From Diadema antillarum (lineage: Eukaryota): a stretch of 64,000 nucleotides of DNA. A program made the position numbers and the translations under genes. The notes under the pieces are model-generated. The model searched no databases, was not told the DNA's origin, and saw only the letters and a program-made list of their open reading frames with translations. The DNA is taken from positions 1,302,001 through 1,366,000 of the forward strand of contig NW_027271711.1 in NCBI RefSeq assembly GCF_040938485.1, in the 5' to 3' direction. Positions 13,392-26,039 of this stretch are shown here, piece by piece (the first letter of the stretch is position 1; each line of letters begins with the position of its first letter).

Positions 13392-13500
13392 CTACTTATA
13401 TAGTTCTCCATTGCTCTCAATTGCGATTGTGCCCTACACAATCTACTTATATAGTTCTCCATTGCTCTCAATTGCGATTGTGCCCTACACAATCGCAATT
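13392..13500. repeat. 51-bp tandem duplication ending in a perfect 13-bp hairpin
   Basis: CTACTTATATAGTTCTCCATTGCTCTCAATTGCGATTGTGCCCTACACAAT occurs twice. AATTGCGATTGTG-CCCTA-CACAATCGCAATT at 13470-13500. Confidence 0.9.
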
Positions 13501-16500
13501 ACTATATTACTTCATTTTTGTGACACAAAATATTACTTACAGGAGGGGGATAGTCACATTAGCAGCAGAGTATAAGAAATATTATGAGACGTTTGGACGA
13601 GTAAGCAAAAAATCTATGAAATTATGCATGAAAGCTTGAATTTTCTTCCTGCCCAATGCATAACCTTTTGCTATGAGTATCATCTTGCTCTCTCACAAAG
13701 ACAATTTTAAACATGAAATGACAGGCATGTGTGCATATATCTTAAATCTTCAATAAACTGGAAAGCACAAACCCCTTATTCTTGTGACTCTATAGAGATC
13801 CATGAATTGCAGAAAACAATGTCAGAATATAAGAAAAGTATATCATTCTGCACATGTTTCTTATTATCGCTGTGTTTGTGCGTGTGTGTGTGAGTACTTG
13901 TGCATGTGTGTATTACAACATAGCACACCATGCTAGGTATTATACAAACATTCAAAAAAGGGTCATAGAATCTTGTGAACAGTCAGCTTGTATCAATGTA
14001 TGAATTTGCAAACAACAAGATTCATTTTGTGTCTCATGAATAATTGATCATAATTGAGCCAGTACTCTATGTATATGTGTATATCTTGAGGTTATGCAGC
14101 AGACTTTACCACAGTAACACTGTATTGGTAACTTCATATGAATATTCTGTCCCAAGCTAGGAATTTTCATTTCAATATCAGAACTGGACTAATTCACACA
14201 TTGACAATATGTCAGTCCATCGTCTGTACAATACATTGCTATCTCTCTGCCTGTTTCTCTTTCTTCACTCTCATCCCTGTGGGCCCATGGAGCTGGCTCA
14301 CTCAGATGTCCCTGATTACATCTGATAGTGTGCATTGCACACACGTGGCTTCCCCTGGCAAGATGAATGGCAGGAAGGGATGTTGGCATGGCAACCCTTA
14401 TTGAGGATGATGAATCATAATCCATCTGACCACTGGATACCATGGGGATCCATGGGACACACACTGCTATTGCATCTTCTGCTGTGCTCCAGTCTCCTTA
14501 ATGAGATCGGGTCTTCTCCAGTGAGTGGCAGTTGCATGCTAGCCCAGGCATAGCATGTCATCATCTGTGCAACACTCTTCTATAGGTTATGATCCTCTGT
14601 TGTTATGAAATACTAATTTACGGAAGAATACCAGCTAGTACATTTGGAAAGTGGATGGTAGATTCCAAAGAAAAATAGCTCTCAAAAAATAGATCACCTC
14701 CCACAAGAAAAAGAATATTGATATTTAGATGTTTGCAATGTTGATAGATATATATAGATATGTATTCTGTTGACATGCAGCAATAACCCAGATAAGAGTA
14801 ATACTCTGAAAGACCAATTACACACCAGCTACCATCGATTTCATATTTTATATTTCTCCAGATTTTTTAGGGATATTGAGATTGACTGCTATATTTCACA
14901 AGCTTTCATGCTATCCACACTACTACTACAATTAGATTGTAAAATATAATATTAGAGAACCATATTGAATGACACTATGATTACCAAGAAGAAATGGTAA
15001 CATCAGTTAAAATCAATTTCATATATCTATCTACTGAATATATTTAGTATGCCCATGAACTATAGCCTCCTCAGGACAGAATATGGAGCACAAGATGCAG
15101 CTACTTCTTTTTTAGGGGGGGGGGGGGGTACTGTTTTGCATGATACTATAAGACACACAAGAAAACCTGTGAAATGCAGCCCAGCATACTTACTTTTCTG
15201 CCACTTAAAAGAGATATGCATGTCTTAGTCATTATGGAATTGCAACATCATATTATGAAAGCTTAGGGGAATTATATACATGCTTTCTATCATCTGTTAT
15301 TATCAAGGGTACGTTCTGTAGAATGTGAATGCTATCATGTAAGTCTAGGACAGTGTTGATGGGCAGTGTACTTTGGAACATTCAAAAAAATACCAGCACG
15401 GTTATCTGCTTCACTGCCACTTTGCCAATCTATAAATATCTCAGCAGACAGGTTCTACTTACTTTGGTACATTACAACATAGTAGGATATAAGCAATGTG
15501 AATAAAATCGGAGATACATAAACTGAAGGAGAAGGAAACTAGGTAAAAGAAGATAATAAACAATGACCTATTTGCATTGATGCACCATGGGTGACATTCT
15601 GTATCAGAAGGTAAATCACAGTGAACTGCATTTGGATCTGCGTAAGCAGTTGTAGGTCACATCTCCCATGAAGTAAATTGGATGTGCATGTTTTTGTGGG
15701 GTTTTTTTTCCCCTCCCTCAGCAGAGTATTCCTGCCTGTCAGCATATTGTATGATTTACAGTAACTGATGCAGGCGCAAATGCAAAATCCCAATCATCGA
15801 TGCTTCCCATCTTGAGGATGCTCCCTCTGCCATTCATTGGCTGCATGCTAAATGCCCTGTGTTTGGCACCCGACTCTTTGCCACTGCTGCCTGCTAGTGT
15901 TTCTACGACCAATAAAAATAAATTGAACACGTGTATAAATTTGGAGCCAATCATTTCGCCAGCCCCCAGGCTGATTGGAGAAGCAGTGATGGCATTCTCA
16001 GGCCTTACATTTTGGCATTTTATTCAGCAACAAGGGAGGGGTGCAAAGGAGGTCCTCCACAAATTTCTATGGATTTCTAGCTATTTCACTACGTATAAGC
16101 ATTCATCCATTTCAGGTTGACAACTTGCAAATTGCTTTCGCTGCACAGGCTGACAAAAGTTTAGCTGAATCTGTTTTGAACATACTTCAAAATGACAGTC
16201 CATTGCTTACAGAGCAGAAAGAAATTCAAATGTTCTTCCTTTAATATTTAAATTAGCAAAGGAGCATTTGCAAATCATTGGAGCAAAACATTAATCTCAA
16301 TTTGCCCATGGATTTCATTATACACAAAGACAATATGAAGTGGAACAATACAAGGAATGGCAATTTTCTGAAAGGGTGGCTTATTATCACACCATAGTCA
16401 TTACATCATATACTATTCAGTTTCTTCATACAGGTCATACTTCAAGACATCAAACCATACATCTCAGGAATCAGATGGAACTGTCAAGTCTCAATGAAAA

Positions 16501-16709
16501 CATATTTTATACAGGGTAGCATTCAGCCAATGACTCAATGACCAATAAGTAGCCTCCCAAGTCTGTGACACTACACTAATTATGTACATATAGTATCTTC
16601 TGACTATCGTAACAAACTTCTTGCATTTAATATGTATAGCATGAGAAAATATGAGGTTAGTATATATTATTATCTTTTAGCGATCGTGAATTCTGTAATC
16701 TCATTGGTC

Positions 16710-17250
16710 AATCAACCCCTTAATATATCCCGTATTACGTGGATATGACGTCATGTGTACTGTATTACACAGCCAGCTGCGCGTATACCAAGACGCTTAT
16801 AGTAAAGTGCGCGCTAATCCTGTACAAAACAAATGGACAGCGCGCGGTCCTCAAGCGTATTGCGCACATAACCTGAGACCACTAGACGCTTGATAAACAA
16901 CAGCAACTTATATCTATCTGGCTACTGCACTGCAGTATCTTATGGCGTGTACGTGTACGTATTTGTATGCGCGCATCGCATGTAGTAATCAGCTCGTGAG
17001 ACGTAGGCCTAAGTCAACATGGTCATGGCTGACAGCCGGCGATTTCAACATCATTCACGAGGGGAAATCAGGGAGAAGAAGGTTAGCACTTACACTAAAA
17101 GATAAAATCTTTACCCCCTCCTTGTTCTTAGAAATACGGGAAATATCTACAGGCTGGTGCCATATTCCATTCGGCCTTCGGCCTCATGGAATATGGCACC
17201 AGATCGTAGATATTTGCCCGTATTTCGTGAACAAGCAGGGGATAACTAAT
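16710..17250. mobile_element. CpG-rich repeat element ending in a long imperfect palindrome (superfamily uncertain, possibly Crypton-type)
   Basis: CpG-dense block. 17111-17245 folds into a stem of about 65 bp centred on CGGCC-TTC-GGCC (e.g. GGTGCCATATTCCAT / ATGGAATATGGCACC, AAATACGGG / CCCGTATTT). Confidence 0.6.
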
Positions 17251-17789
17251 ACACCCTTTGTCTGATTTCTGATAGAGTACTAACCTCCTCTCTCTTTATT
17301 TGCGTGTGTGTGTGTGTGTGTGTGTGTAAAGAGAGATGTATAATTGGTATATGTATATATTCATGTAATTCAAGGCTGTGACATCAATGCTTCCATAGAG
17401 AACTGCAAATGATGTTAAACAGACTAGACTGATAACAAGAATGAATCCTTTCAGGGTCACCTACAGATTTTTTTCTCTCTTATCTACAGATTCTTAATAA
17501 GACATTATAAGAAAGTCTTGCAAGAGACAGAAAGGGGCTAGAAAGTCATTGTAGAATGGACTGAGTGCAAATTGTGGTAAAGCATACTGTGTGCATTGTA
17601 TTAAGAGCAGGCTGCAGTCCCATTGGAAGTTTGTGTACAGTATCATACATGCATCATCTGGACACTTTGGAAACGAGGCACGGAGTGTTTTTGCAGGAGA
17701 GAGTGTTGCGTTATCACAGGAGGCGACAGAGGGCTAGAAGATCAATACTAAAGTGGGAAGGATTGCGCATCTTGCATTGATGATTAGAA

Positions 17790-18600
17790 CCGCAAAAAGG
17801 CCCGAAGGGGGGGGGGGCATGGGAAAAAGCATGCACACAGGGCACAAAATTGGATAGAAGTGGTAGTCAAAAAAACATGGTTAATACCAAAAAAGTGGGT
17901 CAAAATGGAATTTAAGAACTTTGTGAACTGGTGACTGGTATTGCCTCAGTCATATTGCATTAATTTCCAAATGGGCTATAGTATTTTTTTTGACTATATG
18001 AAACAACAGTAGAAATCACATGATTGCCCGCCCCCCCCCAAAAAAAAAATGCCTTAAATTACATACATTTTGTACACTATGTTTGAAAGTTTGGTGGCAC
18101 AAAACCCCTAAATGTGTTAAGTGGTTTTATTCCTTGAACCAAGTTTCATTTGAAAGGCAAAATTGTTACAGATAGCAATTATTTAGGAATTACATCAAGT
18201 TTCATGAATGAACTTGCTGTGCATTCTTAATGTACAATTTTGTTGATATTGACCTCATGACCATGACGACTATTTTCTGTTGAGAAGCCCGAGCTGAGCA
18301 AACATGTGCTTTATCTCCAAAAGCTTGAGCAAATTACAGAGAGATGGGGAATTGTATCATTTGGTCTTCACCTTTTGACACTTTACCCTTGACCTTTGAC
18401 CCCACGGCATACAACATTTTCCAAATAATCACTATAGGGACTGGTAATATAGTATGCATACACCAATTTTCATGACAAAGCTTTACGTAATTTTCAAAAT
18501 AGAGGAAAAAGTTGACCTTTGACCGCATGGCCCAAATCTTTTCCTGCTGATTCACTGTGTTGTCAAGTTTAATAAAGTGCATCCCTTGAACAATCTTTAT
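17790..18600 (-). mobile_element. Degenerate HINE-family fragment
   Basis: Shares TTTGAAAGTTTGGTGGCACAA...CCTTGAACCAAGTTTCATTTG and CCTTGACCTTTGACCCC with the copies at about 36840 and 54150. Boundaries approximate. Confidence 0.5.
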
Positions 18601-19073
18601 GATATGAAGTGTAATTTCAGCATTTCAACTTGACTATTCACAAATCATCCGTCAAATCATCAAATCATCGAGCCATCAAACACCTGACATAAGAGATATC
18701 CCTGGTAACGATGATCATCCCAGGAAAATCTCAGGAAGATATGAATATAGTACTACTGAGATGCTGGCAACAGCAAGAACTTTTAGCACATTGACTCTAG
18801 TGCAGCATAACTACTTAAAATGTCTACTACACTCCCACTGGCTGGGAAACTGAAAATAAAGGAGAATATTTACAATAAATCCCATTCTGACATTTCTCTC
18901 CTCAGTGTTCATGTCACATGATGTAGCTGGATGACAAAGGAACATGGTTGCTGATTTCTCCTTACAGTAGCTTATGCGAACAATCCTCTCCAGAAATGAG
19001 ACGGTGACTGGTGTGACATGTTGTTTATATTTCTCACTGGATGGAATTCATTATAGTAGAAATGGCTGAGCTT

Positions 19074-19285
19074 TCAGGTAAAGCTCCTGACAGTGGCTGC
19101 AATAAGATTCACAAAGAGGACAGATTGATCAGAGTAATATGCCGAGAGCTTCTCTCCTATGAGATCCATCTCTGACGGGTTTGTATACAATGCACTTGTG
19201 GTATATGCCAACCATTCGGTTTTCACATCCTGGGAGCCAATATCTTCTTCATGGGAGAAGAGTACATCGTACACTGTACCATCTA
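19074..19285 (-). CDS. Candidate terminal coding exon of unknown product (69 codons, phase-1 entry)
   Basis: Acceptor catttcccttttcag | TA GAT GGT..., open to TGA at 19074-19076: DGTVYDVLFSHEEDIGSQDVKTEWLAYTTSALYTNPSEMDLIGEKLSAYYSDQSVLFVNLIAATVRSFT. Protein-like composition and not repeat-like. ORFs of this length also arise by chance in this window. Confidence 0.35.
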
Positions 19286-20371
19286 CTGAAAAGGGAAATG
19301 TGGGTACATACTAGTGCATGCATCAAATATAGACACAATGCAACTACCTGCAAACAGTACCCTGTATGTCAATTTATGTGATTTCTTAGGTTATTTATAA
19401 AAAGTATGCCGGATAAGCTGTTGGTTCAGCACTAATTGTGTACGGCCCTCACTATAATGTTTTGCCCTGCAGATAGGCTGATTAAAATGTATGTACTATT
19501 ATACACACATGTATGTGTGGCCTGTGGAAACATTAAGAAAACAATAACTATTTTATTCTGAAGAAATATTCTCAACTATATTTACATGTAGCAGAAGGTG
19601 GTGTCAATATGGAATATTTCAACACCCCGAGCTGAATCGGCAAAAAATGAGGAAATGGATGTCATAGTGGCATGTTAGGTTTTGTTTTGTTTTTTGTTTT
19701 GATTTTTCGTATTTTGTTGATTGAGGCCAATTTAGGCCATTTATTCGGCAAAATAAAACACAAAAGCATATCATAGTGGCATTTACAATTAGAACCAGGT
19801 TTAAGCAGAAATGGCCATACATATAATCTGTCATCATTAGAAGTTATAGATTAGACTGCAACTTGCAGGTCTCATCAAGAACATATACCATAATATTTAC
19901 TCTGATCACATACCCTACCACAAAGATTTGACAAACCCAGCAAATATTATCAAAGCTCCATTTTCTGGTCTGATCAGGAATGTCTAAATCAAATTAGAAG
20001 GAGTGCCCCAAAACAGTGATGTGTTCGAAATAATTTGCTTCTAAAATGTCCTTCATCATATGGAACAGCACATCCACCCTCACTGATTATTTGTGTGGTT
20101 AATGGTACAGTGCCATTCTCCACACAGGTTTATAAAAATACAACAACACTTGTACGTACACATATATTCAATGCTTTCAAGTTTCTTTCCAAAGTAAACA
20201 AACTTGTTTCTGATAAGAGCTAATATTTGCAAGTTTGTTTTTTTTTTTCATTGTCATCAAACCTTAATCAGAGGAATCTTAAATATTGGATGAGGTTTGT
20301 GAAGGTTAGCCACTATGAATGTGAATCCATGGGAAGAAACCCTATCAACAGCTAATCACATATCATGGAGC

Positions 20372-20836
20372 TTTTTATTACCTCCGCCAAGGGAAGTAAT
20401 GTTTTCATCGCCATTGGTTTGTTGGTTTGTCTGTGTGCAAAATAACTCAAAAAGTTTGTGAACGGATTTGGATGAAACTTACAGGAAAGTTAGAAAACAA
20501 CACAACAGATGATTGAATTTTGGTAGTGATCCGGGAGTTTTTGTGGATTTTATAAAGGATTTTTGATATTTTGGCAGGTAGGGTCAATGAACATGGGAGT
20601 TTGAGCTGCGCATTTTTTAGGTTTTTATACGCGCACTGAAGTGCGTGATCTAGTTTCTGCTAGGGCAAGACGCACCACGCAGCTGGAAATTGAAGACATA
20701 ACAAAAGCCTTATATTGGGAAATCGGGCTCAGCATGCATATATAGGTGGAATTCACTATCTCTATGGAAGAACAAGATCAGTGGTGGAAATAAGCTGCTT
20801 GGCAGAGGTCTGCACTCTCAGAATGCTTCTCTAGTT
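20372..20836 (+). mobile_element. Helentron/HINE non-autonomous element, apparently complete
   Basis: 5' TTTTTATTACCTCCGCCAA; GGTTTGTTGGTTTGTCTG microsatellite; 3' TTGGCAGAGGT (inverted subterminal repeat), hairpin GCACTCTCAGAATGC, then CTAGTT in a T-rich target. Confidence 0.8.
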
Positions 20837-22191
20837 GTTTTTTTAACAGAACTGCTATTCATATGCTGTCCTTTCTCAATGGCAAGAGACTTTACATCAA
20901 TAAGAACTCCAGGTATTGTGAAAAAGTGTCAGTATCACTATTGTGTATGAAGAAATGATAATTTGTGATATTTTTGTAGTTGCAATAACTAGTAATGTAA
21001 TTTTTAAAATCCTCTATTGGCTACTTAAAAGACGAGAAAACGCACTCCTCACTCCTGTCTGTTTTACATGTATTTCCAATACTCTGACTTCTGAGAAATG
21101 AGAACAAAAATAGAAACGAAGTACTACACAGGGTAGTACATCATAGCCTGCCACATAAGAATGTATTGCCTTCACCATGTGTCCTAATTTTTCAGGCCTC
21201 ACTGTCTAAGAATGAGAGAGGGTCTCCAGTGGTTATCCAATCAATGTTCATACAAAACTTAAGTTGAACCAATTAAAAATGCATCAAAGATATCAAGAAC
21301 ACCATGTTGTTTGTATACTAATTTGATCAAGGTATTTCAAGAAAAACTGAAAACACCTGTAACTATGACCTGGTTTGCACTCACTTCTGTTAGTTTAAAA
21401 TCTCTTTATGAGCTTCCTTTTTTTTGTGCATACACATACAATACACTCAGACATACACACGCACACAAATACAAACACATGCACACACTCGAGAGAGAAG
21501 AGAAGATAGGCAGCCATTATTCAAACCTTGCACAGTCATAGTGAGTCAGGCATAGAGACAAATCTGACCAGCGGGACATCTACAAGCTGCCATAGCATCA
21601 CAAGTGTGACGTAAACATGCGTGTCAGAAATACCTTTTTTTATCATTCGGGTCAGTAACCATCATTAGTCTGCCTGCACATCATTAAGTTGGGCACTGAA
21701 GTGTGCACAGTAGTAAGCTGTGGAACAGCCATCCACACCAGCAAACCAATGGGTGATGGAATCTCACAAATGGAAAACTTGTAAAATTAGTTCAGCTGAA
21801 TTGATCACATCTCATACACGTATGAGAGATTAGCAAATTAGAAAAAAACAACTATATGTATATGTTGTAGGTATCCAACACAACTGCAGAATCAGAATGC
21901 AACTTAATACACTATACTGAGTTGTCTAACACATTCTAGCAATAATTTTGTTGTCAGATGAGTCAGGAATAGCTACACTCCCATGACTGACTCTAATCAA
22001 ATAGTCAATATTGATTAAAGTTATTGGCTCTAAGCACTGTAAGTCTTATGTCTTACAATGCAGCACTCTTACATGTTGTCACATGTCTATACCCAAGCAC
22101 TGCTTTTACCTTTCACCTTTACATGCTGATTACATAAAATGACGAAATGTCGAAGAATGCTAAATATGCTGCATATTTTATTCATAAAGCT

Positions 22192-22314
22192 CTGGGCTCC
22201 GTTTTATCAAAAGATAAAATCGATTATAAATTTCCTTAACACACAGGCTGCCATAGACTTATGAAAGAAATCAACTATATAATCAATTATAACTCTTCAT
22301 AAAACAGGGCCCTG
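22192..22314. mobile_element. Small TIR MITE
   Basis: CTGGGCTCCGTTTTATCAAAAGA ... TCTTCATAAAACAGGGCCCTG imperfect inverted termini. Confidence 0.5.
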
Positions 22315-22982
22315 GTCCAGATTATCCCTGTGCCACTGTAACAATGATCCAGTGTAATTGTGACCAAGAGTCAAGGCCAGGAAGATCCAAATATTTCCTG
22401 TTTCACTACATTTATTTTTATATACATTTTATCCCATTAATATGATATGACTTCAGGCCCCCCAAAAAGTGAATCAAACTATAGTGGGTTGATTTCTATT
22501 TATCACATATTCGGTATGTGTGTAAGACAGTTAAAACAAACTCTTTCAAACTTTATCCTACTCTTCCTGAAAACACTCATCATACCTGGCAACAAGCAGA
22601 TGTTTTTTGTATAACAGTCAATCAGAATATAAAATGTTTTCTTGGTCCCTATATGAGACAACATCAAGGTTCAACAGAATGAATGGAAAAGGACAGAGAA
22701 TACAGATAATAAAGTTAGAAGAGAAACTTTCTGTCAGGGAGAAGATGAGGGGTAGGGTAGGTGACAGAGAGAAAGAGAGAGAAAGAGAGAGAAAGAGAGA
22801 GAAAGAAAGAGGAAAGAGAAGAATATTTCATGTGGTACTTCCCCCGTTCATGTTTCATCACTATCATTCACCCGACACTTGCATGTCACAAGGCATGCAT
22901 CACCCCAGCTTTCATGACCAAAATTTCACTGCTCTCCCAAATCCAACCATTCACCATCTAGAAGATCTGTCATTCTCTTGAA

Positions 22983-23015
<33 letters not shown>

Positions 23016-23039
23016 CACACACGCGCACGCGCGCGCGCA
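22983..23039. repeat. 57-bp alternating purine-pyrimidine tract (CA)n-(TA)-(CG)n
   Basis: Uninterrupted R/Y alternation including GCGCGCGCGC; reads as (UG)n on the CELF sense strand. Confidence 0.95.
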
Positions 23040-25487
23040 AAATGTACAAACGGATTGGTTGACACTGTATCATGCAAGCAAGGTCACTTCTTATTTAACA
23101 CATTTCAGTGGAAACATTACATGTGTAATACTGGTACTATATGTGCATGTTGTAATCAACAATGTATTCCATGTTCAGCTACTAATGCCATCATGCTAAG
23201 GAGCTGAAGATGTGAAGTTAGTGCTCTGACTATTACTAAAGTGAAAGAACATGTTTCTTTCTACAAGCTCATCTGCATCTTGGTAGACAGTGAGGCATCC
23301 ATCTAGTGAAATAGTAATACACCAACATTAAAAATTCTCAACTGGTACCATCAACACTGAATAGTAACCGGTGTGAAAATTTTCAGCCATTTGATGCCAT
23401 GTTAAAATGTGATATAATTATCAACGCCTCAAAGCAAAAGAAACTATTAACAGAGATATTCTATCCAACTTGACGTAGCACAAAATATTATGCACAGAAT
23501 ATTTTCATTTCACAGTATGTGAGGAAGGAACCACAGGGCAGTTTATGCATGTGAAAGCATTTTCATTTGCATAAGGACAGGATGATGGGGGCTGGGAACC
23601 ACTTGAAGAGAGGGATTGAGGGCCACCTACTCTTGACACGGGCAAACAGGACGCTTTCTTCGGGCTTGTGGTTGCTATGGGCATCTCAGGCATTTGTGAA
23701 GTGTCCCAAAGGAGATGGTTTAAAATGCTGGGCAAATTCTTCTGCCAAGCATAATCAATTATAGTTATCAATTCAGGAATAGTAACTAGTGGCATGCAAT
23801 AAGTACAGACTCGTGTCACATTTTTAGCTTCACTCAACGCCTAGTCTATGCACATCATTAGTTTGAAAAAAAAAAATGAGTTTGAGCTGAGTAGGCAATG
23901 TTTGCTTGTTGGTCAAGCACCATGGCTATGGATTTGAGGATACACAGACACAAAAACAGGGCTGACAGAATGAAACAGTTTCTTCATTTGATATGACAAA
24001 ACATGAAGTTCTACATTAACTTTTTTTTCTTTTTTTTCTAGTCAAATTTCATCAAAATTGTCAAATTTCATATTTGCTGGCCTGACGATAAAATTTGGTG
24101 GCCCGAAAAAATACAGAAAAGCATGATAATTTGATAAAACATCAAAGCAATCATAAATCATGATGAATACGTAAAAATTGGCAGGAATGATGATAAAGGC
24201 TTGAAATACAATGTACAGTTTCTCGAAAGTAAAAAAGAATAACATTACAAAATGAAATGATTTCAAACACAATTATAAATCATGATAATTGTGTTAAAAC
24301 TGGCTGATACGATAGGGGCTTCAACTAGCACGTACTGTGACAAGAAAGTTCACAAGGTCTAACATTTTAAATACTTAATTGAGGCACAATTATGGTTTGT
24401 TGTTACTTTTTTCCCCATGACACTATACTCACAGTATATCAATGATGTGACTGATTTTAACATTGGGCTATATACCTACTTTAATTTCAAGACAGTTAAA
24501 TTTGGTGGTGAAATTTGGCCATGAGAAAAAAGTAGTTTGGCCAAATTGGGCAGTAAAATAGACCGAGTTTGGCCGTGAAGACTGTGGGTGATCAGGCAAC
24601 CCTTGTTGAGGCATCTACATAGTAGAAATGCATGCAGTGATACTAAGCTAAGTTATTCTTCCTTTTTTTCTGGACTAGAAAAACAAATAAAAACAATGTA
24701 TGCACTCACAGACTTTGGTGGCCCAGTTGGGCCACCAAAACATATAATTTCTTAAATAATGCTGGCCTGGCATCTATTTCTGATGAGCCTTGTATGTATA
24801 CAAATGTAAGTCACTCCAGACAAATGCATATCAACCATAATATTTATGTAGCATATTCAGGGTGAATTTGTGTGAAGTATGCACAATACTATTTCGCCAT
24901 AAGATATCACACCCCCTTCAACCTGTATATTGGCTTTAAAAGTCTTATGATATTGATGAGCAATGTGTCACAAACAAGTATAACTTCCATGAAAAGATCT
25001 TGTTTTCATATCCTTTTTTATGAAGAATAAGTAACAATCAAGCAAGCAACACAAGATTACATTTGTACATGATTTGGTTAGTCTGAGAAACTCTAAGGAC
25101 CCATTATAAACATCTTAACAGGGCTTTTGTCTCCCTGCTGTCATCTCTTTCAGGAGGAATCTCATTTGAGCCTATTTGTAATCAACCAGCTGCTGCATAT
25201 CAAGCTCCTCTGTTTATTGATTACTGTACATCTGAGAAGAACATTAGATGTAATTCTTCTTCTTCAAAGGAGTAGAAAGAAAAGCACAGCAAATCAACAC
25301 AAAAACATTTTAATGCCACTTAGACCAAAAGTTATGTACACAATCTAATATGGGTGATTCAGAGAAATCTGAAAAATCAGAAACATTTTTATTGAATAGT
25401 TTTTCAAAACATACTTTGAAAAGAACAAAGCAGTTATCTCAAATGAAGTCATTGTTACCATTTATGTCGACAATCTAAACCAAGGCA

Positions 25488-25852
25488 TTAAGGCATTATT
25501 TACCTTTTGCAGATGAAACAAAAGCCCAGCTTTAGTGCTTCAAAATAGTTCTAAAATGTGAGTGAGGGATAGAAACAACCAGTGTAAAAAAGTTAATCAG
25601 TATAACCAATGTTATGTATTATCAAAAATACAAAATGTGAACAATAGTTATGATAAAATTATTTCTAGACTAAATCATCTACAGTTGTGGTTTAGTGAGA
25701 AAATAGTGATATCTCCTTATATTTTAGGCTTTATTGTAAAATTTTTATTTAGTGCGATGTTTTGTGATACAACTGACCTACACATATGCATCAAACGTGA
25801 TAACTCAAACATTTTAAAAATCACTGCTCCCAATGGTAAGCAGTACCTTTAA
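25488..25852 (+). mobile_element. Kolobok-like TTAA MITE, family A copy 2
   Basis: TTAAGGCATTATTTACC ... GGTAAGCAGTACCTTTAA; colinear with 984-1350. Confidence 0.7.
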
Positions 25853-26039
25853 ATGTGGTATCCTGCAAATCAAACTTAACAGCATCTATATGAATTACTA
25901 CAAATATCCGTTGCCACCCAATGGAAGTGGATCCACAGGTTGTTACATTATAGGGGTTAAAAGTATACCATAATGAATCTGCATACCACAGGAAAAACAA
26001 AAACAAAACAGTTAAAAAGTGTGGCCAGTACAGCATATA

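Noticed and set aside
14138-14553. Overlapping ORFs in three frames in a GC-richer block
   Set aside because: No family similarity or convincing splice sites; could be regulatory but nothing supports that.
23505-23837. 110-aa minus-strand ORF
   Set aside because: No recognisable motif or splice boundaries; length is within chance expectation.
25155-25275. Plus-strand acceptor followed by GGISFEPICNQPAAAYQAPLFIDYC...; similar case near 43805 (EHEVDIIQYQ...)
   Set aside because: Short, with no partner exons or homology, so no plus-strand nested gene can be assembled.
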